A stretch of 64,000 nt of DNA from Nannocystis bainbridge (GTDB lineage Bacteria > Myxococcota_A > Polyangia > Nannocystales > Nannocystaceae): positions 1,760,001-1,824,000 of the forward strand of contig NZ_JAQNDL010000003.1 in assembly GCF_028368995.1 (NCBI RefSeq), given 5' to 3'. The position numbers and the translations under genes are program-made. Below are positions 39,558 to 50,384 of this stretch, piece after piece. Under the pieces are notes generated by a model that saw nothing but the letters and a program-made list of their open reading frames with translations, was not told where the DNA came from and made no database searches. Numbering within the stretch: the stretch's first letter is position 1; every line of letters starts with the position of its first letter.

Positions 39558-39989
39558 TCACCCCCGGCATTCATTCACGCACCACCAATTCATCACGGTG
39601 GCGGGCTCGCAGCCGCAGCTGACCGGACTCGGGGCCTTGTAGCACCAGCGCTTGTAGTTCACCCGTTTGAAGCCCCACTTCTGGATCACGTCGTGCCAGC
39701 AGGTCCCGCACGCCTCGTCGACGCTGGGGTAGTCCCAGTAGCCGTCGATGCATTCGCCCTTGGCCGGGTGTGGCGAGTCCGCGAGGTCGTCCGGGCCGAT
39801 CGGCGGCGCTGCGGCCTCCTCCTCGGCGAGCTCGCACAGGTCGCGGAGCTCGTCCTCGGAGACGACGTCGAGGACGGCCGCGGCGTCCTCGGCGAGCGCC
39901 GCGTCAGGGTCGTCGCAGGCCGCGAGGGCGAGCGCGCAGAGCCACCCCGCGGCGGTGAGCATTCGTGGTTTCGTGGTCGTCGCTGTCAT
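39558..39989 (-). CDS. Small lipoprotein-like prepropeptide with 8-Cys C-terminal domain (paralog A)
   Basis: ALAAC lipobox, acidic spacer, same Cys frame and RWCYxAPSPxSC motif as the adjacent gene. Confidence 0.75.
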   Translation of the reverse strand: MTATTTKPRMLTAAGWLCALALAACDDPDAALAEDAAAVLDVVSEDELRDLCELAEEEAAAPPIGPDDLADSPHPAKGECIDGYWDYPSVDEACGTCWHDVIQKWGFKRVNYKRWCYKAPSPVSCGCEPATVMNWWCVNECRG

Positions 39990-40411
39990 CGTCGGTGCTC
40001 CCTTGAATGGAGTCGTCACGCCGGCCACCCGCGTGGTGCCCGGCCTTCTCGAGAGATGACAGTCGACCCACGGCGATGTCGCACCGCGTCGACGACAATT
40101 TCTCCACGCGACCGACGGGGGCGCCCGCCCGCGGCGCCAAGCCCCCTGCGAACGGTCGCTCGACGGCCGCGTCCGCTGGCGAATTCCGCAGCACCCCTTC
40201 GCCTGTCTTCCCGGCCAGGTGGTGCGGCCGCTCGAACAGCGGCGCGCCGCGGGCCGCGAGGGTCGAGCGCGACTGGGCGTCGGCTCGCGTCCTCGGCTCA
40301 AAACCCGGCCGACATCAGGTAAACCACCGCTCTCCGCCGGCAGCGCCGCGCTCCACGCCGGCCGCCGCTCGAGCGAGGCCGGCGCGCGCGGTCGGGTACA
40401 GTTCGCGCCGC

Positions 40412-40846
40412 ATGGACTCCATCCTCGTCGGACACGAGCTCGACTTCCTGGCCCGCATCGGCGTCTGCTTGGTCTGCGGCACGACCATCGGCGTCGAGCG
40501 CGAGCTACGCAACAAACCCGCCGGCATCAGCACCAACTGCTTCGTGATCGCCGGCGCGTGTCTTTTCACGTTCATCTCGCAGCAGGCCGATCCGGAGAGC
40601 CCGGCTCGCATCGCCGCGCAGGTCGTGTCGGGAGTCGGCTTCCTCGGCGCCGGCATGATCCTGAAGGCCGCCGGCGACAAGATCACCAACCTGACCACCG
40701 CCGCGTCCGTGTGGTTCGGCGCCGCGGTCGGCATGTCCATCGGCATGGGCTGGTACGTCATCGCCGCGATCGGTACCGTCTACGCGGTCCTGGTACCGCG
40801 TATCCCGCACGTCAAGAAGTGGCGGAAGCAGACGCCGGACGGTTGA
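40412..40846 (+). CDS. mgtC: MgtC/SapB family membrane protein
   Basis: IGVERE..KPAG..T, RIAAQVVSGVGFLGAG, LTTAASVW..AAVG. Confidence 0.9.
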   Translation: MDSILVGHELDFLARIGVCLVCGTTIGVERELRNKPAGISTNCFVIAGACLFTFISQQADPESPARIAAQVVSGVGFLGAGMILKAAGDKITNLTTAASVWFGAAVGMSIGMGWYVIAAIGTVYAVLVPRIPHVKKWRKQTPDG

Positions 40847-40979
40847 TCGAGGGCGCCGTCGGCGATCGTGACAGCGCGGAGGTCGGCGACGACGAGGCGC
40901 CGCTGCACGCCCAAGTCGCCATGCGCGACGCCTCTTGCTCGACGAGGGCCGTCGAACCGGTCTGCGCGGCCTTCGGCGA

Positions 40980-42308
40980 TCACTCGAGATCGCCGACCTC
41001 GACCACCCGGCGCACCTCGAGCTCGGCCAACCTCGCCGCCACGGCCAGCTGAAGATCGCGGAGCCGCATGTCGCGCACGCTGAGGCTCGCGTCGACCAGC
41101 TCGAACGCGCTCAGGCGGCCATTTTGATAGCCCGCCTGCGCCTGCAGCCGCAGCGCGTCCGCGGCCCCGCGGCCCATCTCCACGTGGCGCAGCGACGCCT
41201 CGAGGCGCCCCAGCGCCACCGTGTGCGTCGCCTGCAGCCGCTGCTCCGCCGCCAGCACCAGCGTGCGCGCCACGCTGTCGGCCGCCCGCACCTCCGCCCG
41301 CGCCCGGTCGACGAAGCCTTGCCCGCGCGACAGCACCGGCAGCGGGATCGTCACGCCTGCGCCCACGTCCACCTGCCCCGGCCCCTGCCCGAAGCCTGCT
41401 GCCACGCGGAGGCCGATGCCCGGGAAGATCTCGCGCTTCGCCACCCGCACCTGCGCCCGCGCCCCGTCGATCCGGGCCTGCGCCGCTGCCAGGTCGGGCC
41501 GCTCCTCGAGCATGCGCTGGCGCAGCGCCTCGATCCCGCCCATCTCCGGCCGCGCGAACAGGTCGACCCGCGGCGCCCCGCGCAGCCGCGGCGCCAGCGG
41601 GCCGACCGCGACCTCGAGCTCCCCGCGCGCCGCCGACACCTCCGCCTCCGCGCTGCGCACCGCCGCCTCGCCCGCCATCACCTCGAGCGCGATGCGGGTC
41701 GCGTCGTACCGCGGCGTCACCCCGCCCGCGACCCGCGTGGTGACGATGCGCTCGCTCTCTCGCAGGTCGTCGAGCGCGTCGCTGTGGATCTCCACCGCCT
41801 GGCGCGCGCTCGCCAGCCCGATCATCGCCCGCTCGACCTCCAGCTCGAGCCCGCGGACCAGCCGTTGCCCCTCGGCCGCCACCGCCCGCGCCTCGTGCTG
41901 CGCCGCCTCCCCGCGGGCCTTCGGCGCCCCGGTCACCGGCAACCACTGCCCCACCCCGACCACCATCGCGCCCGCGCGGTCGTACGAAGTCGAGCGGATG
42001 CCGAGGAAGTAATCGGCGTTGATGACCGGGTTCTCCCACAGCCGCGCCGCCACCTGGGTGGCCGCCGCCGCCTCGACCCGCGCCGCCGCGTAGTCGCGCA
42101 GCGGATGGCCCTCGCGCATCGCCGCCACCGCCTGCGCCAGGGTGAACCCGGGCTCGACCTCGACCGCGTCCGCGCGCCCTCCGGGCCGCCGCGTCGCCGC
42201 TCCTGGCCGCGCCGAAGGATCGGCGACCACCGCGTCCTCGCGCGCCGCGGGCTGCACCGCCACCGCCAGCGGCGTCGCCAACCATCCTGCCAGCAGCCAC
42301 GCGATCAC
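40980..42308 (-). CDS. TolC/CzcC-family outer membrane efflux protein
   Basis: ARLWENP, ERPDL, GVTIPLPV, YQNG..S..ELVDA motifs; last gene of the RND operon. Confidence 0.9.
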   Translation of the reverse strand: MIAWLLAGWLATPLAVAVQPAAREDAVVADPSARPGAATRRPGGRADAVEVEPGFTLAQAVAAMREGHPLRDYAAARVEAAAATQVAARLWENPVINADYFLGIRSTSYDRAGAMVVGVGQWLPVTGAPKARGEAAQHEARAVAAEGQRLVRGLELEVERAMIGLASARQAVEIHSDALDDLRESERIVTTRVAGGVTPRYDATRIALEVMAGEAAVRSAEAEVSAARGELEVAVGPLAPRLRGAPRVDLFARPEMGGIEALRQRMLEERPDLAAAQARIDGARAQVRVAKREIFPGIGLRVAAGFGQGPGQVDVGAGVTIPLPVLSRGQGFVDRARAEVRAADSVARTLVLAAEQRLQATHTVALGRLEASLRHVEMGRGAADALRLQAQAGYQNGRLSAFELVDASLSVRDMRLRDLQLAVAARLAELEVRRVVEVGDLE

Positions 42309-45300
42309 GGCTCACCTCCGCTGCGGCGCGGCGGCCCCGAGTACAGCAACGGCAACAGCGCCAGCATCACCGGCGTGACCACCAGCAGGCCCGACACGAT
42401 CGCGATTGCGAACGGCCGCTGCGTCTCGCTGCCCATCGCGTGGCTGAGCGCCGCCGGCACCAATCCCAGCAGCGCCAGCGCCGTCGTCAGCAGCACCGGT
42501 CGCAGCGCCGTCGTGGGCCCGACGATCGCCGCCGAGCGCGGCTCCTCGCTCGCCGCGCGATCGATCGCCCCGCTCAGCACCACCCCTGAAAGCACCACCT
42601 GCCCGAGCAGCGCGATGCAGCCGACCGCGCTGCTCACCGAGAACAGCTCGCCCGCCAGCCGCAGCCCCGCCACCGCGCCGAAGCACGCCAGCGGCAGGAA
42701 CGCCGCGATCACCAGCGTCGGCCGCAGGCGCCCGAAGTTGAAGAACAGGATCGCCAGGATCGCCGCCAGCGCCACCGGCAGCGACAGCGCCAGCCGCCGC
42801 ATCGCCCGGTCCTGGTTCTTGAACTCGCCGCTCCACACCAGCTGCATGCCCTCGCCGAGCGCCACCGCGTCCGTGGCCGTCTGCGCCTCCTGGACCGTGC
42901 CGCCGAGGTCGCGCCCGCGGACGTTGAACTTGACCGCCACGAAGCGCGTGAAGTCCTCGCGCCAGATCGCCGCGCGCCCCGGCGCCAGCGAGATCGTCGC
43001 CACCTCGCCGAGCGTCACCCCCAGCTCCGGCGCCGACACCACCAGCCGCCGCAGCGCCGCCGGATCGGCGCGCACCGACTCGGGCAGCCGCAGCGCCGCC
43101 CCGTAGCGGCGCTCGCCGTCCCACACCTCCGTCGCCACCGCGCTGCCGAGCGCCACCCGGATCGTCGTCTGCACGTCCTCGACCGCCAGCCCGCGGCGGG
43201 CCAGCGCCTCGCGGTCGAGCTCGATGCGCAGCTGCGGCACGCTGCCCGCCTGGTACAGCGCCAGGTCGGCCACCCCGGGCACCGCCGCCAGCCGCTCGCG
43301 CAGCGCCTCGGCCACCGCCGTCATCTCCGCCAGGTCTTGCCCGCGGACCTTGACCACCACCTGGCCGATGATCCCCGAGATCGTCTCGAACACCCGGTCG
43401 GTGATCGGCTGCGAGAAGTTGAGCTCGACCCCTGGCAGGTCGGCCAGGCGGTCCCGCAGCTCGCCCTCGAGGCTGCGCCGCGACGAGCCCTCGCGCCACT
43501 CGCCCTCGGGCGCCAGGTTGACGAAGAACTCGGCGTTGTTGGGCCCCTCGGCCTGGGTCGCGTCCTCGGGCCTGCCGATGTGCGTCAGCACGTCGGTGAC
43601 CTCCGGCAGCTCGAGCATCGAAGCTCGCATCTGCGTCACGTGGCGGCGCGTCTCGTCGAGCGCGATCGTCGACGGGAACACCGCCGTCACGTAGAACCCG
43701 CCCTCGTTGAGCTCCGGCAGGAACTCGCTGCCGATCCCGCGCGCATAGACCCCGAGCCCGACGGTCAGCGCCAGCAGCCCCCCCGCCGCCAGCCGGCGCA
43801 GCCGCAGCAGCCGGCGCAGCCCCGCCGCGTAGACCTTGCCGAGCGCCACGATCCAGCGCGGCGGCGCCCCGTCGACGCGCCCGCGCAGCAGCGCACGCTC
43901 GAGCGCCGGCACCACCAGCGCCGCCGACAGCAGCGCCCCCAGCAGCGCGAACCCGTAGGTGTAGGCCATCGGCGCGAAGATCCGGCCCTCGACGCGCTCG
44001 AGCGTGAAGATCGGGATCAGCGCCGCGATGATGATCAGCAGCGCCAGCGCCACCGCGCGGGCCACCCCGCCGGCCGCGTCCTCGATCACCGCCGCGCGGT
44101 CGCGGTGCGGCTGGTGGTGGATCGCGTGCAGCGTCGCCTCGAGCACCACGATCGCCCCGTCGACCAGGATCCCGAAGTCGATCGCCCCGAGCGAGATCAG
44201 GTTGGCCGGCAGCCCCATCCAGCGCAGGCCGATGAACGCGGTCAGCATCGACAGCGGCACCACCACGCCGATGATGATCACCCCGCGCCATGTCCGAAGG
44301 AACAGGTACACCACCGCCAGGACCAGCAGCGCCCCCTCGGCCAGGTTCTTGCCGACGGTCCCGAGCGTCGCCTCGACCAGCACCGTGCGGTCGTAGAACG
44401 TATCGATCTGGACCCCCGCCGGCAGCACCTCCTGGTTCAGCTCCTCGACCCGCGCGTGCAGGGCCTCGAGCACCACGCTCGGGTTCTCGCCGCGGCGCAG
44501 CAGCACGATGCCCTCGACCACCTCGTCGGTGTGCCCGCGGCCGACGCTGCCGCGCCGCGGCGTCGAGCCCTCGACCAGCGTCGCCACGTCGCGCACGCGC
44601 ACCGGCACCCCGCCCTGCTCGCGCACCACCGCCAGCCCGAGCTGCGCCGGCGAGTCGACCGCCCCGAGCCCGCGGACCACGAACTCCTGCGCGCCGATGC
44701 CGACGTAGCCGCCGCCCGCGTTGGCGTTGCTGCGCGCCAGCGCGTCGTGGACCTCCGCCACCGACACCCCCGCGGTGGCCAGGCGGGCCGGGTCGATGCG
44801 CACCTGATACTGGCGCTCGAACCCGCCGAACGTGACCACGTCGGCCACGCCTTGCACCGCCCGCAGCCGCCGCTCGACCACGAAATCTTGCAGCGCCCGC
44901 AGCTCTCGCAGGCTGCGATCGCCGCGCAGCGTGTAGCGGTAGATCTGGCCGACCGGCGTCGCCTGCGGCCCCATCTCCGCCTCGGCCCCGTCCGGCAACT
45001 CGGCCCCGCGCAGGCGATCCGCCACCAGCGTGCGCAGCTCGAAGTCCGAAGTGCCCTCGGCGAACGTCAGCGTCACCAGCGACAGCCCGAACACCGACAC
45101 CGAGCGCAGGTCGATCAGCTTCGGCGTGCCCGCGAAGGCCCGCTCGAGCTCGATCGTCACCCGGCGCTCGACCTCTTCGGCCGCCTGCCCGGGGTAGATC
45201 CCCACCACCTCGACCATCGGATCGGTGACGTCCGGGAACGCCTCGATCGGCAGCTCGCGCAGCGCCGTCCACCCGTACGTCGCCAGCATCAAGGCCGCCG

Positions 45301-45352
45301 CCAGCACCAGCGGCCAGCGATGGACCGCGAATCGACTCAGCGCAGCGAACAT
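42305..45352 (-). CDS. CusA/CzcA-family heavy-metal RND efflux permease
   Basis: LPIEAFPDV, EVERRVT, ANLISLGAIDFGILVDGA, EFLPELNEG, LRPVLLT, SETQRPFA. Confidence 0.95.
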   Translation of the reverse strand: MFAALSRFAVHRWPLVLAAALMLATYGWTALRELPIEAFPDVTDPMVEVVGIYPGQAAEEVERRVTIELERAFAGTPKLIDLRSVSVFGLSLVTLTFAEGTSDFELRTLVADRLRGAELPDGAEAEMGPQATPVGQIYRYTLRGDRSLRELRALQDFVVERRLRAVQGVADVVTFGGFERQYQVRIDPARLATAGVSVAEVHDALARSNANAGGGYVGIGAQEFVVRGLGAVDSPAQLGLAVVREQGGVPVRVRDVATLVEGSTPRRGSVGRGHTDEVVEGIVLLRRGENPSVVLEALHARVEELNQEVLPAGVQIDTFYDRTVLVEATLGTVGKNLAEGALLVLAVVYLFLRTWRGVIIIGVVVPLSMLTAFIGLRWMGLPANLISLGAIDFGILVDGAIVVLEATLHAIHHQPHRDRAAVIEDAAGGVARAVALALLIIIAALIPIFTLERVEGRIFAPMAYTYGFALLGALLSAALVVPALERALLRGRVDGAPPRWIVALGKVYAAGLRRLLRLRRLAAGGLLALTVGLGVYARGIGSEFLPELNEGGFYVTAVFPSTIALDETRRHVTQMRASMLELPEVTDVLTHIGRPEDATQAEGPNNAEFFVNLAPEGEWREGSSRRSLEGELRDRLADLPGVELNFSQPITDRVFETISGIIGQVVVKVRGQDLAEMTAVAEALRERLAAVPGVADLALYQAGSVPQLRIELDREALARRGLAVEDVQTTIRVALGSAVATEVWDGERRYGAALRLPESVRADPAALRRLVVSAPELGVTLGEVATISLAPGRAAIWREDFTRFVAVKFNVRGRDLGGTVQEAQTATDAVALGEGMQLVWSGEFKNQDRAMRRLALSLPVALAAILAILFFNFGRLRPTLVIAAFLPLACFGAVAGLRLAGELFSVSSAVGCIALLGQVVLSGVVLSGAIDRAASEEPRSAAIVGPTTALRPVLLTTALALLGLVPAALSHAMGSETQRPFAIAIVSGLLVVTPVMLALLPLLYSGPPRRSGGEP

Positions 45353-45359
45353 GACGACC

Positions 45360-46496
45360 TCACAGCAGCCGATCCAGCTCGCCGTCGAGCAGCACCGCGT
45401 TCTCGCTGACCACCGTCTCGCCCGCCGTCAGCCCCTCGACGATCTGCACCTTGTCGCCGAAGCTGGACCCGAGCGCCACCGTGCGCCGCTCGAGCACCCC
45501 CTCGTCGACCGCCACGAACACCACCAGCGCGTCGCGCCGCAGCAGCACCGCGCTGCGCGGCACCACCAGCGCCCCGTCGCCGCGCACCGCCGCCCGCACC
45601 CGCACCGCCATCTGCCCGCGCAGCCGCGGGTCGGTGGCGTTCGGCATGCACACCGCGATCGCCGTGCGCGTCGCCCGGTCCAGCGTCTGCACCACCTGCA
45701 CCAGCTTGCCGGGGAACCGCTCGGCCCCCAGCGCCGGCACCGAGAACGTGCAATCGGCCCCCTCGCGCACCCCCGCCGCCTCGTGCTCGGGGAACGCCGC
45801 GGTGGCGAACAGCCGCACCGCGTCGCCGATGAGGAACGCCGGCTCGTCGTCTTCGGGCGTCACGCGCTCGCCCGGGTCGAGCGTGCGCAGCAGCACCTGC
45901 CCGTCGGCGCTGGCGCGCAGGATGAAGCGGTCCGCGCCCTCGTTGCCGGCCTGGATCGCCCGCAGGCTCTCGCGCACCCCGCGGAGCTCGGCCTCGCCGC
46001 CCGCCAGCCCTGCCTCCGCCTCCACCAATTCTCGCGGCGAAGCGGCCCCGTCGCGGACCAGCTTCTTGAAGCGCGTCACCGCGTCGCGCTGCGCCGCCAG
46101 CGTCGCCGTCAAGCGCCGCGCCTCGCTGCGCAGCCGCGCCACCTCGCCGCTGCGCAGCGTCGCCAGCGGCTCGTTGGCCCGCACCTGCGCCCCCGCGGCC
46201 ACGTGCACCGCCTCGACGTAGGCCGCGAACGGCACCCGCACCGCATAGGCCGCGTCGGGCGCGAACTCCAGCCGCCCCACCCCTTCGATCTCCGCCGCGA
46301 TCTCCCCGCGCTCCGCCGACGCCAGCGACAGCTTCGGCCACAGGTCGGCGCGCACCTGCATGCGCCCGTCGTCCTTCAGCGCGTACGCCGGCGCCTGCGG
46401 CGTCGCGGCGTGCGGCGTCGCGGTCGTGCAACCGATCGCGAGCGCCGCAAGCAACCAGGAGACGTAAACGAACCGCATGTCGGGAGACCATGACAC
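45360..46496 (-). CDS. RND periplasmic adaptor (membrane fusion protein)
   Basis: Lipoprotein-like start, biotinyl-hairpin pattern, LDRATRT, VVPRSAV, EGLTAGETVV. Start may be 46478. Confidence 0.9.
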   Translation of the reverse strand: MSWSPDMRFVYVSWLLAALAIGCTTATPHAATPQAPAYALKDDGRMQVRADLWPKLSLASAERGEIAAEIEGVGRLEFAPDAAYAVRVPFAAYVEAVHVAAGAQVRANEPLATLRSGEVARLRSEARRLTATLAAQRDAVTRFKKLVRDGAASPRELVEAEAGLAGGEAELRGVRESLRAIQAGNEGADRFILRASADGQVLLRTLDPGERVTPEDDEPAFLIGDAVRLFATAAFPEHEAAGVREGADCTFSVPALGAERFPGKLVQVVQTLDRATRTAIAVCMPNATDPRLRGQMAVRVRAAVRGDGALVVPRSAVLLRRDALVVFVAVDEGVLERRTVALGSSFGDKVQIVEGLTAGETVVSENAVLLDGELDRLL

Positions 46497-46996
46497 CCCT
46501 CGATTACGAACGCCGTTACGACGGGGTTAAATCGCCGAAAGACACCCGCACGCCGATCCACTATTGCGTCGCGTCGACCTCGAGATGACCTCCGAGACAG
46601 GTGACCCGCGCGTCGCCGACGTGCGAGTCACCGCCTCTCCGCCGCGATCGCGCCCGCCATGCCCTCGACCTTTGCAGCGCCGCAAGATGACTGACGAGAC
46701 AGACGACGCCCGCGAGCACCTTTCACCTCACGAGCGCAGGACCTCCCCACCTCCGTGGCCCCACCCCACGAAGCACCCCGCCGTGGCTCCGCGAGCCGCT
46801 ATCTGTCTCTCGAGACAGACGACGACCTCACGAATCTCGATACAGAAAGACATCTCCTCGCGGCCCGACCTTGCAAGCCCGAATACATGTCCCGAAAGAC
46901 AGCCCCCCAGCATCACGCCGCCGTGATCGAGCGCGACGGCGCCGAACCAATGCTCGCCTCGTGCCAGCGCCGCGCGACCGCGCTGGCGGCAAACGT

Positions 46997-47647
46997 CTAT
47001 GCGGTCGTCCGCGACCGCGAGCCGCCCGACCCGGACGCCTCCACGAGCGCCGGCCCGGGCTGCGCATCGGCCTCGAGCTCTCGCCGCAGCAGCCGGCGCT
47101 GCCATGCTCCGAGGCCGAGGGAGATGCCGACCAGCAGCGAGAACGCCCCGAAGAACACGGACACGGAGGGGTAGAAGAACACCATGAAGAACATGAACTC
47201 GAACAGCGCGGAGGCGACGCCTTTCGCGCGGCCGAACAGCCTTGCGAACGCGTAGTCCCAGAATTCATGCGTCGGGAAGACTGGCAGCTTTTGCGGCCCG
47301 GCCGGCGACGGCACCCGCGCCTCCTGAGCATCCGGGGTACCGCCCTCGGTCAGCGCCCGCATCCGTCGTCGCGCGAGATATCGCCGGCTCACGCGCTCGA
47401 CCAGGCCAGCCCAGAGCGCGGCGAACGCCATGGCCGCGAGCCCGTTCTGCCACCACGACAAACCTCCGAAGTAGACCAGGCAATCATAAAATATGAAGCC
47501 CGGGATCCAGAACGTCAGCGTGATCGGCGTGAACCTCGCGAGGTTCCAGAATTGCTCGGTCGGCAAGAACCCCCATCTTTGCGGGGGCAGGGGTCCGCGC
47601 GAAGGAGCAAGCTGCTGTCGCAGCGCCATTGTCCCGCGGTCCGTCAC
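46997..47647 (-). CDS. Hypothetical membrane protein with two internally similar halves
   Basis: PTEQFWN and PTHEFWD each precede two hydrophobic helices and an Arg-rich tail. Confidence 0.65.
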   Translation of the reverse strand: MTDRGTMALRQQLAPSRGPLPPQRWGFLPTEQFWNLARFTPITLTFWIPGFIFYDCLVYFGGLSWWQNGLAAMAFAALWAGLVERVSRRYLARRRMRALTEGGTPDAQEARVPSPAGPQKLPVFPTHEFWDYAFARLFGRAKGVASALFEFMFFMVFFYPSVSVFFGAFSLLVGISLGLGAWQRRLLRRELEADAQPGPALVEASGSGGSRSRTTA

Positions 47648-48380
47648 TTGTTCTGCGCTCCGTCACAATTGCCAGCGATATGACCCGAGACGGTGTTGTG
47701 AAGACTCGGCGGCTCCTGGCGCCGCAGCAGGACGAGGGAGGCCTGAAGCATGGCCCTCCATGTGCCTCTGCACCTGCCGCCGGGCGCGCGGCGACCAGGA
47801 GCAGGCGCAGCAGCGTGCGAGCACTCGAGCAGAGGCCCCGTCGAGTTCCGCCGGGGCCCGCGCCGGTGCCATCCGGCTCATCGTCCGCTGCGTCTCGGCG
47901 CCAGGACCTTCCTACCGATCATCTGTCCTTCAGGACATACCGGAACTCCGCCCCGCGACCACCTCTCTCACCCACACCCCCTCGACGGCCCGGCCTGCCG
48001 CCCGTCGAGGAACTCCGCCACCGCCCATTGATTCAGCCCCGTCGCAGCGAAATCGATGGAGCCGTTACCAATCGCCAGGCCAGCTTCAAACGAGCTCGGG
48101 AGCCTCGCCCACCGTCCGCCCAGGGGCGACCCGAACGCCGGGCGACTCGCACCTCGAGCAGCCCCTCGCGAGAGCATGTCCCGAGAGACATGTTCCGCCA
48201 TGCCCCCGCCGATTTCCTCGCCTCGCATCCCCGCGGCGCCCAGCGGCCTCTACCTCGCCGATCGCCCTCCTGCCTGCCCCAGCGCGCCGGCCGCGAGCCG
48301 CGACAGCCGAGCTCGCCCGCCTCGTCCCGCCCCTCGCGCGCTGGACTCGCCGTGCACTCCGCGTCATCGTGCCCCCAGTC

Positions 48381-49259
48381 ATGAAGACCACGCGCACTCC
48401 CAGCATTCCCCGCCACGGCCGGGCCATCCTCGGTCTCGGCCTCTCGCTCGCGCTGCTGTCCGCTTGCGGCAGCGACCCCGGCGACACCACCACATCTGCC
48501 ACCGAGACCGGCGCCACCGAGACCGGCACCACCGAGACCGGCACCACTGCGCCCGGCACCACCGATTCGTCCACCTCGCCGACCACCGGCACCGCCACCA
48601 CCGACGACACGGCCACCACCTCGCCGACCACCGGCACCGCCACCACCGACGACACCACCGACACCACCGGCAACGAGGGTCAGCCGTCGCTGAGCTTCTT
48701 CGTCTCGAGCACCGGCAGCCTCACCGGCAACCTCGGCGGCCTCGACGGCGCCGACAAGCGTTGCAAGGAATTGGCCGACGCCGTCGGCGAGGGCGACAAG
48801 AACTGGCGCGCCTACCTCAGCACCGAGAAAGGCCCGGACGACCAGCCGGTGCACGCCCGCGACCGCATCGGCAAGGGCCCCTGGTACAACGCCGACCTCG
48901 TGATGATCGCCGCCGACCTCGACGATCTGCACACCAAGGAGGGCGATCACACCCTGTTCCTCAACGAGAACGGCGAGCCGATCAACGGCCAGTGGGAAGG
49001 TTCGCCCACCCCCAACGAGCACGACATCCTCACCGGCTCCAACAAGGACGGTACCGTCGCCGTCGGCTTCACCTGCGCCGACTGGACCTCCGAAGACGCC
49101 TCCGTGTTCGCCCAGGTCGGCCACTCCGACGGCCTCGGGCCCATGGGCAGCGACGCCGAACAGTACCGCTCGTGGAACTCCGTCCACGAGAACGGCGGCT
49201 GCCACGACACGGCCCCCAAGGGCGGCGCCGGCCTCGTCTACTGCTTCGCCGCCGACTGA
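48381..49259 (+). CDS. Lipoprotein with lectin/endostatin-like (DUF1554-related) domain
   Basis: LLSAC lipobox, Thr-rich linker, GNLGGLDGADKRC..WRAYLS..ARDRIGKGPW..HDILTGS..YCFA. Confidence 0.85.
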   Translation: MKTTRTPSIPRHGRAILGLGLSLALLSACGSDPGDTTTSATETGATETGTTETGTTAPGTTDSSTSPTTGTATTDDTATTSPTTGTATTDDTTDTTGNEGQPSLSFFVSSTGSLTGNLGGLDGADKRCKELADAVGEGDKNWRAYLSTEKGPDDQPVHARDRIGKGPWYNADLVMIAADLDDLHTKEGDHTLFLNENGEPINGQWEGSPTPNEHDILTGSNKDGTVAVGFTCADWTSEDASVFAQVGHSDGLGPMGSDAEQYRSWNSVHENGGCHDTAPKGGAGLVYCFAAD

Positions 49260-49342
49260 CGCGCGCCGAGCTCGACGCACGCGAGTCACTCACGAGCCCC
49301 CCCGCTCGACGGGCCCCCGCGAATGGTTCACGCTCGCAAGGC

Positions 49343-50173
49343 ATGCGAGTCGCCGTCATCGGGCACGTCGAGTGGATCGAGTTCGTGAGGGTCGCCAGGG
49401 TCCCCGCCGCCGGGGACATCGTCCACGCGCGCGACACCTGGGAGGGCCCCGGTGGCGGCGGCGCCGTCGCGGCCGCGCAGCTCGCTCGACTCGCTGACGA
49501 TTGCATCTTCTTCACCGCGCTCGGCGACGACGACCTCGGCGCCCGCGCCCGCCGCGAGCTCTCCGCCCTCGGCCTGCGCCTCGAGGCTGCCACGCGCCCC
49601 GGTCGTCAGCGTCGCGGCCTCACCTTCGTCGACGACACCGGCGAGCGCACCATCACCGTGATCGGCGAGCGGCTCGCCCCGCACGCCGCCGATCCGCTGG
49701 CCTGGGACCTGCTCACCGACTGCGACGCCGTCTACGTCACCGCCGGCGACCCCGACGCCCTGCGCCTGGCCCGACGCGCGCGCAAGCTCGTCACGACCGC
49801 GCGGATCTCCGCCCTCCTGCGCGCCGCCGGCATCGAGGTCGACGCCCTCGTCGGCAGCGCCCACGACCCCGCCGAGCGCTACGCCCCCGGCGACCTCCAT
49901 CCACCCCCGCGCCTCGTCGTCCGCACCGCCGGCGCCGCCGGAGGCACCTACGAAGCCCTCGGCCACGCGCCCAGGCCCTATCCCGCCGCCCCGCTGCCCG
50001 GCCCCGTCGCCGACGCCTACGGCTGCGGCGACTCCTTCGCCGCCGGCCTCACCTACGCCCTCGGCGCCGGCCTCGACCCGGACGACGCCGTCCGCCTCGC
50101 CGCCCGCTGCGGCGCCGCAGCCCTTACCGGCCGCGGCCCCCACGGCGGCCAGCTCGATCGCAGCACGCTGTGA
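49343..50173 (+). CDS. PfkB/ribokinase-family carbohydrate kinase
   Basis: GPGGGGAVAA..LARL, GERTI, DAYGCGDSFAAG. Confidence 0.9.
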   Translation: MRVAVIGHVEWIEFVRVARVPAAGDIVHARDTWEGPGGGGAVAAAQLARLADDCIFFTALGDDDLGARARRELSALGLRLEAATRPGRQRRGLTFVDDTGERTITVIGERLAPHAADPLAWDLLTDCDAVYVTAGDPDALRLARRARKLVTTARISALLRAAGIEVDALVGSAHDPAERYAPGDLHPPPRLVVRTAGAAGGTYEALGHAPRPYPAAPLPGPVADAYGCGDSFAAGLTYALGAGLDPDDAVRLAARCGAAALTGRGPHGGQLDRSTL

Positions 50174-50302
50174 CGCGAAGCGGGCGAGCCCCCGCTACCG
50201 CGAAGCTGCCCCGCGGCCCTGCTCGATCGCCACATGCTGCGACGCGGAGCGAGCGAGCCTTCGCTGCCGCGCCGCTGCCCGCCACGGCCCTGCTCGCTCG
50301 CC
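50152..50302. repeat. Degenerate tandem repeat of about 70 bp spanning the kinase stop codon
   Basis: Units start gctcgatcgc at 50152 and 50221, gctcgctcgc at 50292. Confidence 0.7.
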
Positions 50303-50384
50303 CCGTCACCTTGCCTCCGGGACATGTCGCATCGGACATCTACGTGCTCGGCGGCTGCCTGCTCCGCGGGCGCTCCCTCCGCGC

